Shown here piece by piece: positions 47,824 through 55,462 of a stretch of DNA of 64,000 bases. The stretch spans positions 16,531 to 80,530 of the forward strand of contig CAYPMB010000007.1 of assembly GCA_964411915.1 (NCBI GenBank). Reading direction: 5' to 3'. This DNA comes from an uncultured Faecalibacterium sp. (GTDB lineage: Bacteria; Bacillota; Clostridia; Oscillospirales; Acutalibacteraceae). The translations under genes were made by a program, and so were the position numbers. The stretch's first letter is position 1; each line of letters starts with the position of its first letter. The notes beneath the pieces were generated by a model, which saw only the letters and a program-made list of their open reading frames with translations, had not been told where the DNA came from and searched no databases.

Positions 47824-48187
47824 ACTTACAGAGAGCGAAGAACAGAAACTCTTAATTGAGTGGGCAGAATATCAAAAATGCAAGTATCCGGGTTTGGAAT
47901 TGCTGTTTCATATACCTAACGAGGGGAAGAGAAGTTATGCCACCGGTGGAAAAATGAAGTCGGAAGGCTTGAAAAAAGGTGTGCCGGATCTGTTTCTTCC
48001 CGTTGCCAAAAATGGTTACCACGGTATGTTTATTGAAATGAAGAGAGAAAAGGGCGGAAAAACTTCAACGGAACAATTGTATTGGCTAAAACAGTTGAAT
48101 ATGCAAGGATATTATGCTGTTGTTTGCAGAGGATTTGAAGAGGCAAAAGCAGAAATTACGGCATACATAACAGGAGGAAAGAAATGA
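47810..48187 (+). CDS. VRR-NUC domain nuclease
   Basis: GVPDLFL ... FIEMKREKGGKTSTEQLYWL pattern (PD-(D/E)xK core). Confidence 0.75.
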   Translation: MLKNKLTESEEQKLLIEWAEYQKCKYPGLELLFHIPNEGKRSYATGGKMKSEGLKKGVPDLFLPVAKNGYHGMFIEMKREKGGKTSTEQLYWLKQLNMQGYYAVVCRGFEEAKAEITAYITGGKK

Positions 48188-48621
48188 TAAATTGTATAAC
48201 GCTGATGGGAAGGCTAACAGCTGATCCGATATTAAAGGTCACAACAGCCGGAAGAAATGTTACTTCTTTTACTATTGCTGTGGAAAGATCTTTTGCAAAG
48301 CAAGGCGAAGAAAGAGTAACAGATTTCATTAACATTGTTGCTTGGCAGCAAAAAGCGGATTTTATTTGCAGATATTTCAAAAAAGGTTCGATGATAGCTT
48401 TAACAGGTTCTCTCCAAAGCCGTTCTTACGAAGATAAAACCGGAACAAAGAGGACTGCATTTGAAGTGGTTGCCAATGAAATCAGCTTTTGTGTTGGGAA
48501 AAACACTCAAAATGTTGCAGAGGAAAGTGACAGATATCCAACCACAGGGTATTACAAATCCCCCGATATGAGTGATGATTATTTCGACGAGGTTTCTCAA
48601 GATGAGGATTTGCCATTTTAA
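48184..48621 (+). CDS. ssb: single-stranded DNA-binding protein
   Basis: OB-fold N-terminus (NCITLMGRLTADP) and an acidic C-terminal tip DEDLPF. Confidence 0.85.
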   Translation: MINCITLMGRLTADPILKVTTAGRNVTSFTIAVERSFAKQGEERVTDFINIVAWQQKADFICRYFKKGSMIALTGSLQSRSYEDKTGTKRTAFEVVANEISFCVGKNTQNVAEESDRYPTTGYYKSPDMSDDYFDEVSQDEDLPF

Positions 48622-48750
48622 AAAAGCACTTGAAGGAAGTAAAGGACAAGCCCACATCAAAGTTGGTGTTACCGTGAAAAATTAGCTAATGGATAAATAA
48701 CATTCCGGGCAAACGGATAAAATAATTTGAAAAGTAATAAAGGTGAGAAT

Positions 48751-49158
48751 ATGACAACAAAAGAATACTTAAATCAGGCATTTAGACTTAATGAGTTTAT
48801 TAAGAGTCATCTGAAAGAACTTGAACAGCTTAATTGTATTGCGACTTCGGTCACTTTTGATCTTGACGAATATATTTCATCAGGCAGCGTCAAAGACAAG
48901 GTCGGTGAAACGGTTACAAAGATAGTGGCGTTGCAGGATAAAATAAATGAAGAAATAGATAGATTGATTGATCTGAAAAATGAAATACATACCGTTATTG
49001 AGCAGGTTGAAGACGAAGATGAAAGATTGCTCCTCAGAATGAGGTATATTGAATATATGCGTTGGGAGGATATAGCATCACAAATGCATTTTTCACTCAG
49101 AAATGCAACAAGGCTGCATGCTGCGGCACTTGAACATGTGAAAATCCCACAAGTTTAA
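48751..49158 (+). CDS. sigma-70 region-4-like late transcription regulator (DUF1492/ArpU-like)
   Basis: C-terminal LLLRMRYIEYMRWEDIASQMHFSLRNATRLHAAAL is HTH-like. It is the last gene before terS. The ATG at 48751 follows AAGGTGAG. Confidence 0.5.
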   Translation: MTTKEYLNQAFRLNEFIKSHLKELEQLNCIATSVTFDLDEYISSGSVKDKVGETVTKIVALQDKINEEIDRLIDLKNEIHTVIEQVEDEDERLLLRMRYIEYMRWEDIASQMHFSLRNATRLHAAALEHVKIPQV

Positions 49159-49163
49159 AAAGT

Positions 49164-49190
49164 TGTCCTTAAATGTCCTTGAATGTCCTA
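49164..49190 (+). repeat. three tandem 10-bp repeats TGTCCTTRAA
   Basis: TGTCCTTAAA, TGTCCTTGAA, TGTCCTA, directly after the stop of the regulator gene. Confidence 0.6.
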
Positions 49191-49381
49191 TTACTTATTT
49201 GATATCATTAAACTGTCAAAAATACAAAAACAGATATCCGTTGTTGATTTTTTTTATAAGAAATACCTCCTAAACAAAACACCGCCTTGTTAAATTTCAG
49301 GGTGGTGTTTTGGGCATATAGGGTTCGACTCCCGACAGCTTAGAAAATATGCAGAGGGATACAGGACAGAGAGGTGGTGAA

Positions 49382-49852
49382 ATGCCGAAAGAAACCCAAA
49401 ATAAGAAATCGAAGAAACTTAACGAACGGCAAGAAAGGTTTTGCCGAGAATATATAATCGATTATAACGCAACTCAGGCAGCGATACGCTCCGGGTATAG
49501 TAAGAGGTCTGCAAAATCTGTTGGAAGTGAAAACCTAACAAAACCCGACATTCTCACGCGCGTGCGTGAGTTACAGGCAGAACAGAGAGAAAGACTGTGC
49601 ATAACCGCTGATTGGGTTGTAATGAGTTTAGTAGATGTTTATGAAAAGTGTATGCAGTTAAAACCGGTTATGGTTTGGAATCCGGAAACAAAGCAAAAAG
49701 AAGAAAGCGGAGAATATGTATTTGATTCAAAAGGAGCGTTGAACGCTTTGGAAATGATCGGTAAGCATCTGGCAGTATTCGATCCTAAAAACACTTCACA
49801 AAACGAAAAGAAGAATATATCGGAACTTCTTTCTGCATTAAAAGAGAAATAA
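49382..49852 (+). CDS. terminase small subunit
   Basis: ERQERFCREYIIDYNATQAAIRSGYS is the typical Terminase_2 N-terminus. Confidence 0.8.
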   Translation: MPKETQNKKSKKLNERQERFCREYIIDYNATQAAIRSGYSKRSAKSVGSENLTKPDILTRVRELQAEQRERLCITADWVVMSLVDVYEKCMQLKPVMVWNPETKQKEESGEYVFDSKGALNALEMIGKHLAVFDPKNTSQNEKKNISELLSALKEK

Positions 49853-49869
49853 ATTAAGAGAAGAGAAAA

Positions 49870-51111
49870 ATGACATTTTCAAAACTATCAGAAAAACAAA
49901 AGTTGCTTTTGAAATGGTGTCATCAAGACACTGAATATAATTCAATAATTTGTGACGGCGCAGTCAGAAGCGGAAAGACATCTGCAATGACTGTGTCGTT
50001 TATTCTGTGGGCCATGCTTTGTTTTAATAATTCCGATTTTGCCATTTGCGGTAAAACAGTTCGATCCTGTGAAAGAAATATTGTTATTCCTTTGCAATCA
50101 AGTGATGACTTGAAGGCTTATTATGACTTATCTTACACACGCTCATCAAATGTTTTAACGGTTGCAGGTCAAGGCAAAATTAACCGCTTTTATATTTTCG
50201 GTGGCAGAGATGAAAGCTCCTATACCCTTATTCAAGGCATAACATTGTCCGGAGTTCTTTGTGATGAAGTGGCGCTCATGCCACGCTCATTTGTGGAGCA
50301 GGCAATAGCAAGAACTTTGTCTGTCAGCGGAAGTAAACTGTGGTTCAACTGCAATCCGGAAGGGCCTCAGCATTGGTTTTATAAAGAGTGGATAAAGCAA
50401 GCCGAAAAGAAAAAGGCTCTGCATTTACACTTCTTGATGAAAGACAATCCCACCATGGACGAAGAAAAAATAAAAAATGCGGAAAGTCAGTTTCAAGGAG
50501 TGTTTTATGATCGCTATGTAAAGGGATTGTGGGTGCAAGCCGAAGGACTTATTTATCCGGAGCAAGCCCACGGAAGTAATATTGTGACGACTTGCGAAAG
50601 AAAATATGACACTTACTATGTATCATGTGACTATGGCACTATGAACCCATTTTCAATGGGACTCTGGGGTCATTGTGACGGAGTTTGGTATCGGGTAAAA
50701 GAATACTACTATTCCGGAAGGAACGGATTTCCAAAGACCGACAGCGAATATATTGACGACTATGCGAAATTTACAGAGGGATTAAGAATTAAAGCAATTG
50801 TTGTTGACCCCTCCGCTGCTTCTTTTATAGCGCTGTTGCGAAGGAACGGTAAGAATGTTATTCCGGCTTCCAACAGCGTTGTTGACGGAATAAGAGTGAC
50901 AGCCAAGCTGCTGAAAGATAAAAAATTAATGATAAACGATTGCTGCACTTCCATAATTGAAGAATTTGGAGAATACCGATGGGACGACAAAAGTGCAGAG
51001 GATAGACCGATAAAAGAACATGATCATGCTATGGACGATATGCGTTATTTCGCAAATACAGTCCTTGCAAGACCTACCGCAAAAATAGCCAAAAAGCCGA
51101 AAGGCTTGTAA
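49870..51111 (+). CDS. terminase large subunit
   Basis: Walker A GAVRSGKT, Walker B VLCDE and a C-terminal nuclease domain with DHAMD. Confidence 0.85.
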   Translation: MTFSKLSEKQKLLLKWCHQDTEYNSIICDGAVRSGKTSAMTVSFILWAMLCFNNSDFAICGKTVRSCERNIVIPLQSSDDLKAYYDLSYTRSSNVLTVAGQGKINRFYIFGGRDESSYTLIQGITLSGVLCDEVALMPRSFVEQAIARTLSVSGSKLWFNCNPEGPQHWFYKEWIKQAEKKKALHLHFLMKDNPTMDEEKIKNAESQFQGVFYDRYVKGLWVQAEGLIYPEQAHGSNIVTTCERKYDTYYVSCDYGTMNPFSMGLWGHCDGVWYRVKEYYYSGRNGFPKTDSEYIDDYAKFTEGLRIKAIVVDPSAASFIALLRRNGKNVIPASNSVVDGIRVTAKLLKDKKLMINDCCTSIIEEFGEYRWDDKSAEDRPIKEHDHAMDDMRYFANTVLARPTAKIAKKPKGL

Positions 51112-51166
51112 ATATACAGGACACTGTGGGTGAAATAAATGCAGTGGACGGAAAGGAAACTAAAAC

Positions 51167-51727
51167 ATGGAAGAGAATGAACAGTTAGAACAGCAGGAGA
51201 ACTCTGTGGGTGAAAATAATGCAGAGGGCAATTCTGTGAAAACAGATGCACAGCGATTAGATGAAATTCTTAATGCAGACGGGAAGTTGCAAGGGGAATT
51301 TGACCGTAGGGTGCAAAAGGCTCTTGAGACAGCAAGAGGAAAATGGCAATCAAGTTTAGAAGAAGAGCAGGATGAGGCAAAAAAGCTGGAAAAAATGACT
51401 CAAAATCAGCGTGACAAGTATTTACTTGAGAAAGAAAAAAATGAGTTTGAGGCTGAAAAGAAAGCATTTAAAGCCCAACAGATGAAACTTGCTACCGGCA
51501 GTGAACTTGCCAAAAGAGGCTTCGATCCTGATTTTGCCGACTTCTTAACAGCCGACACAGCCGAAAAGACAAATGTAAACATTGAAAATTTTGAAAAGGC
51601 TTTTAATATTGCTGTGCAAAAGTACACAAACGAAAAGATGAGAGGCGATAGGCCTCCGAAAGAAAATGAAAATTCTGACAAAAACAGTAATGATGCCTTT
51701 TTAAAGGGCTTCACAGCTAAAATTTAA
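51167..51727 (+). CDS. head scaffolding protein (DUF4355-like)
   Basis: Acidic coiled-coil 186 aa directly upstream of the capsid gene. Confidence 0.6.
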   Translation: MEENEQLEQQENSVGENNAEGNSVKTDAQRLDEILNADGKLQGEFDRRVQKALETARGKWQSSLEEEQDEAKKLEKMTQNQRDKYLLEKEKNEFEAEKKAFKAQQMKLATGSELAKRGFDPDFADFLTADTAEKTNVNIENFEKAFNIAVQKYTNEKMRGDRPPKENENSDKNSNDAFLKGFTAKI

Positions 51728-51748
51728 AAGGAAGGAAATTTATTATTT

Positions 51749-52570
51749 ATGGCAATCAATTATGCAGCAAAATATTCGTCTAAAGTGGACGAAAGAATAG
51801 TTTTAGGTGCATTAACAAATGACATCGTAAACAACGAATATGAATTTATAGGAAATGAAACGGTTAAGGTCTTTTCAATCCCCACAGTGCCGTTAAATGA
51901 TTATGTTCTTACCGGTGCAAGTCGTTACGGCACTCCGAAGGAACTCGAAAATCAAGTTCAGGAATTAACAATGAGAATGGATCGTTCTTTCACTTTCACA
52001 ATTGACAGAAAGAGCCGTGATGATACTGAAATGGCAATGGAAGCCGGCAAAGCACTTCAGCGTGAAATCGATGAAGTAATAATTCCGGAACTTGACGCAT
52101 ATCGCTTGACTCAGATCGGTGAGAATAGCGGTATTGAACTTAATCAGACAGTAACAAAAGAAAATGCTTATGAAACTTTCTTGTCTGTTCAGGAGTTATT
52201 GGACGATGCAGAAGCACCCACAGAGGGTAGAGTTGTAATGTGTTCAAACAGCTTCTTTAAAAAGATTAAACTTGATGAAGCATTCACCAAAATGGGCGAT
52301 ATAGCAACACAGATCTCACTTAAGGGTCAGGTCGGTGAAATTGACGGTGTGCCGGTAATCAAAGTCCCAAAGACACGACTTCCGGAAAACACAGAGTTTA
52401 TTATCACCAATAAGCGTGCTTGCACATCTCCGATTAAACTTGTGGATTATAACATTCATGAGGACCCACCGGGAATCAGCGGTTGGCTTGTTGAAGGCAG
52501 AGTTCGTTATGATGCGTTTGTTCTTAACAGTAAGAAAAAACTTATCGGTATTTGTAAAGCGGCAACATAA
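51749..52570 (+). CDS. major capsid protein
   Basis: 273 aa, assigned by position after the scaffold gene. Highly expressed-type AAGGAAGG RBS. Confidence 0.65.
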   Translation: MAINYAAKYSSKVDERIVLGALTNDIVNNEYEFIGNETVKVFSIPTVPLNDYVLTGASRYGTPKELENQVQELTMRMDRSFTFTIDRKSRDDTEMAMEAGKALQREIDEVIIPELDAYRLTQIGENSGIELNQTVTKENAYETFLSVQELLDDAEAPTEGRVVMCSNSFFKKIKLDEAFTKMGDIATQISLKGQVGEIDGVPVIKVPKTRLPENTEFIITNKRACTSPIKLVDYNIHEDPPGISGWLVEGRVRYDAFVLNSKKKLIGICKAAT

Positions 52571-52581
52571 GGAGACAACAA

Positions 52582-52740
52582 ATGAAAAATAGAACTATAA
52601 TGTTGAACGGTGAAGGCAAAGAGATTTATGTGGATTCCGCTTGCGTGGAAATCTTTGAAAAGGCCGGATACAAAATAAAAAAAGCACAAAGTAAGTCGAA
52701 AAAGTTAGCCGAAGAAAATAAGGAAATCGGCAATGTATAA
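52582..52740 (+). CDS. small lysine-rich head-module protein (below the track cut-off)
   Basis: My own translation gives 52 aa, MKNRTIMLNGEGKEIYVDSACVEIFEKAGYKIKKAQSKSKKLAEENKEIGNV. AAGGAGA RBS; the stop overlaps the next start. Confidence 0.4.
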   Translation: MKNRTIMLNGEGKEIYVDSACVEIFEKAGYKIKKAQSKSKKLAEENKEIGNV

Positions 52741-53089
52741 CAAAGACGAACTTGCTTTGGAAATTTTAAACGAAATGAAAAGCACCGAAAAAATCGGTGC
52801 TTTATCTTTTGAATCAGTGTTGTCATGCCTTGTTTGTGCTGAGGCGGATATAAGTCTTTATTTACACCGGCCACTTCCCTTGGAAGAGAAGTTTCTTCCG
52901 AAACTTAAAGAACTGACAAAACTTAAAATCATTTCTTTTTCAGGTTCTCATGAACTGAAATCTCGATCATATCAGGAAGGGGAGGTTTCCGAAAGCGAAA
53001 CTTATGTTACTTCCGAGGATTTGATGCAGAGGGAAAAAGCAGTTTTTGACTCTCTTAAAACTTATAGGAGGTGTCGAATTGTTAAATGA
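52733..53089 (+). CDS. head-tail connector protein
   Basis: Assigned by position and size (118 aa) after the capsid gene. Confidence 0.45.
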   Translation: MYNKDELALEILNEMKSTEKIGALSFESVLSCLVCAEADISLYLHRPLPLEEKFLPKLKELTKLKIISFSGSHELKSRSYQEGEVSESETYVTSEDLMQREKAVFDSLKTYRRCRIVK

Positions 53090-53429
53090 TAATAATTTCA
53101 GAGGCCTAAGAAAACCGGCAGTTGTTTATAAAACAGCTGTTGAAAAGGGTAAGTATGGCAACGAAAGATTGAAAGTCAGTGACTCCGGAACGCAGATAAA
53201 CCTTTTGCTTTTACCTGTAAACGATAAAGCGCTGCTTGAAGAATACGGTGTTAAATATGATGTTTGTTTTCAAACTTCGGTTTTTGACGAAGAATTTGAA
53301 CTCAGGCATTTTTATCTCGTGAAAACAGGAAAAGAATATTATAAGATTATCGGCATCAAAAAGTATCCTAAGCATAGGCATGTAATTATGGAGAAAATAA
53401 AAAATGGCAAAGAATTCTTTCAAAATTGA
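53079..53429 (+). CDS. head-tail adaptor / head closure protein
   Basis: Assigned by position. The TTG at 53079 follows AGGAGGTG. Confidence 0.4.
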   Translation: MLNDNNFRGLRKPAVVYKTAVEKGKYGNERLKVSDSGTQINLLLLPVNDKALLEEYGVKYDVCFQTSVFDEEFELRHFYLVKTGKEYYKIIGIKKYPKHRHVIMEKIKNGKEFFQN

Positions 53430-53907
53430 AAATATGGCTGACGACTTAGTGAGAGGTTTGAAACATAAAGTTAAAAGCCAAAGTGTTATTCTTGCAGGTT
53501 ATTCAAGGGCAAAAGCTCCAACAGACACAAGCGGACTTAAATCGAGTATTGAGGATTTCCAAGAAGAAAAAGAAAACGAAATAATCGGTGGCGCTGTCAC
53601 AACTAATGAGTATGCAGCTTATGTTGAGTTCGGAACCGGACCAACCGGTACTAATGCCGGGCATCCCTTAGACAGTGATTTGGGCATAGTCAGAAAAACA
53701 GATCCTTGGCTTGGTAAAATTCCCATAACAGCTGAAAATGAAAGTAAATTTCACTCACTCAGCGAGAAGGAAAAAGAGCAAGGATTTGCTTATCGTTATG
53801 TCCACGGTCAAGAACCTATTCCGTTTATGTATGAAGCAATGGAGGAGGCAAAAGAAGATATATTAAAAGAGTTTTCATCGGTGTTGAAGGAGGTGCTGCA
53901 TGGTTGA
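53404..53907 (+). CDS. HK97 gp10-family neck protein
   Basis: 167 aa with the YAAYVEFGTG motif typical of the gp10 family. Confidence 0.6.
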   Translation: MAKNSFKIENMADDLVRGLKHKVKSQSVILAGYSRAKAPTDTSGLKSSIEDFQEEKENEIIGGAVTTNEYAAYVEFGTGPTGTNAGHPLDSDLGIVRKTDPWLGKIPITAENESKFHSLSEKEKEQGFAYRYVHGQEPIPFMYEAMEEAKEDILKEFSSVLKEVLHG

Positions 53908-54268
53908 AATAAGAGAACAAATCAAAAATATGCTTATGGAGATTGAGACGAATATTGAATATGAAGTGAAAATGCAATTTCCTCAATCCTTTGCAGAGGG
54001 AAACCTTATAACCTTTTTTGAGCTTACTAATGAAAGTACAAATATACCTTGTGTGGATAAAATAGCATTTCAAATTGATATTTGGACTTACGATATTGAA
54101 ACCATGGTGGAACTGTCTTTAAAAGCTGATGAAGTGATAACACGAGTCGGTTTTCTCAGAAAATATGTCTCACCGGATATAATGCCAACAGCTCCGGGAG
54201 AATATTGCAGAAAGACTTTGCGTTACGGCAGAAAAGTTGACACACGAACAAATAGACTGATAGATTAA
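53900..54268 (+). CDS. tail completion / terminator protein
   Basis: Assigned by position before the major tail gene. Confidence 0.4.
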   Translation: MVEIREQIKNMLMEIETNIEYEVKMQFPQSFAEGNLITFFELTNESTNIPCVDKIAFQIDIWTYDIETMVELSLKADEVITRVGFLRKYVSPDIMPTAPGEYCRKTLRYGRKVDTRTNRLID

Positions 54269-54280
54269 GGAGAAGTAATT

Positions 54281-54691
54281 ATGACAAAAGGACTTGCCTC
54301 AATTGGCATAAAAATCAAAATAAACGATGTGGAATTAGGAAATGCAACAGGAATGGGTGAAATTGGCGGTGATCCTGACGAATTGGACACCACGACATTT
54401 AAAGATGAGGTATCAACCTCGATTCCGGGGGTGCAAAAGCAGAATGCATGGACAGTTGATTACTTATATCAAAATGATGATGAGGAAAGCGATTACAGAA
54501 AGTTAAAGGCTTTTGAAAAAGAAAAAGAGGCAGTGGCGATTGAAGTCGAATTTCCGGATAAAACAACCTTCACCAACAGCGGATATATCACAACAAAAAT
54601 AAACGCTGTAAAAGTAAATGAATTGATATCGGCAACTGCAACTGTTTCATTGCAGAAGAAGTGGACTGTCACAAACCCAAGTGGAACATAA
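54281..54691 (+). CDS. major tail protein
   Basis: Assigned by position upstream of the chaperone pair and tape measure. Strong AAGGAGAAG RBS. Confidence 0.5.
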   Translation: MTKGLASIGIKIKINDVELGNATGMGEIGGDPDELDTTTFKDEVSTSIPGVQKQNAWTVDYLYQNDDEESDYRKLKAFEKEKEAVAIEVEFPDKTTFTNSGYITTKINAVKVNELISATATVSLQKKWTVTNPSGT

Positions 54692-54704
54692 GGAGGAACG
54701 CTGA

Positions 54705-55184
54705 ATGAATACATTATCTTTATCGCTTAAGCATGAAGGACAGTTGAAGGACTTTAATTTGCGATTGAATGTTTTATCTCAGTTAAAGTTAAAAAGAGAA
54801 ACAGGAACCGAAGGAATGGATCTGATATTTAAGGCAATGGACGATCTTGCAACAATGCTTAAGGTGTTTTCAGAGAGTCTTGGTTTCCCGGAAAATGAAA
54901 ATCCGATTACAACCGGAGCGGATTTTTATGAACTTCTTGTTGATAATGGTTATAACGGCAGAGAGGATTTTGCAACACTTCTTTTTAATATTGCCTCACA
55001 TTCAGGCATGGTTAAGGAAGAACAAGCCGAAAAGTTAATACACACCATAACCAAAATGTATAACGATGTTTATTTATCTATCGGAAATATTCAGGACAGC
55101 GAAAAGGAGGCAACCACATCTGAAGATGCGCCTTCCTTTCGATATTCCGAAGAAGAAAACCCTGACAATAGAAGCGTTAATTGA
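54705..55184 (+). CDS. tail assembly chaperone (gpG-like)
   Basis: Acidic 159 aa immediately upstream of the tape measure. Confidence 0.5.
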   Translation: MNTLSLSLKHEGQLKDFNLRLNVLSQLKLKRETGTEGMDLIFKAMDDLATMLKVFSESLGFPENENPITTGADFYELLVDNGYNGREDFATLLFNIASHSGMVKEEQAEKLIHTITKMYNDVYLSIGNIQDSEKEATTSEDAPSFRYSEEENPDNRSVN

Positions 55185-55458
55185 AGAGGCTCTTATTTCA
55201 GGTATGCGCTTAAATGAAATATATTTAAGCACATGGGGTGAGATAATAGCAGTTGTAGATGCTTATACGGAGCGAAAACGAAGAGAATATCAAAACTTGT
55301 CTATAATCGCTGACAAGCAAGCATATTTAACAGCAGTTTATTTGTCCGGTGGAGGGGAGAAGGTTTCAATGTTTGAGATGTTCCCTTATTGGAATGAGGA
55401 AGAAACAGCTGAATTGACAATTGCAAAATATAAGAAAATGCTTATGGAAATGGGGTGA
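55066..55458 (+). CDS. overlapping ORF upstream of the tape measure (gpT-like frameshift extension or separate small gene from ATG 55204)
   Basis: It overlaps the end of 54705-55184 by 119 nt in the +1 frame. Confidence 0.35.
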   Translation: MFIYLSEIFRTAKRRQPHLKMRLPFDIPKKKTLTIEALIEEALISGMRLNEIYLSTWGEIIAVVDAYTERKRREYQNLSIIADKQAYLTAVYLSGGGEKVSMFEMFPYWNEEETAELTIAKYKKMLMEMG

Positions 55459-55462
55459 ACAG

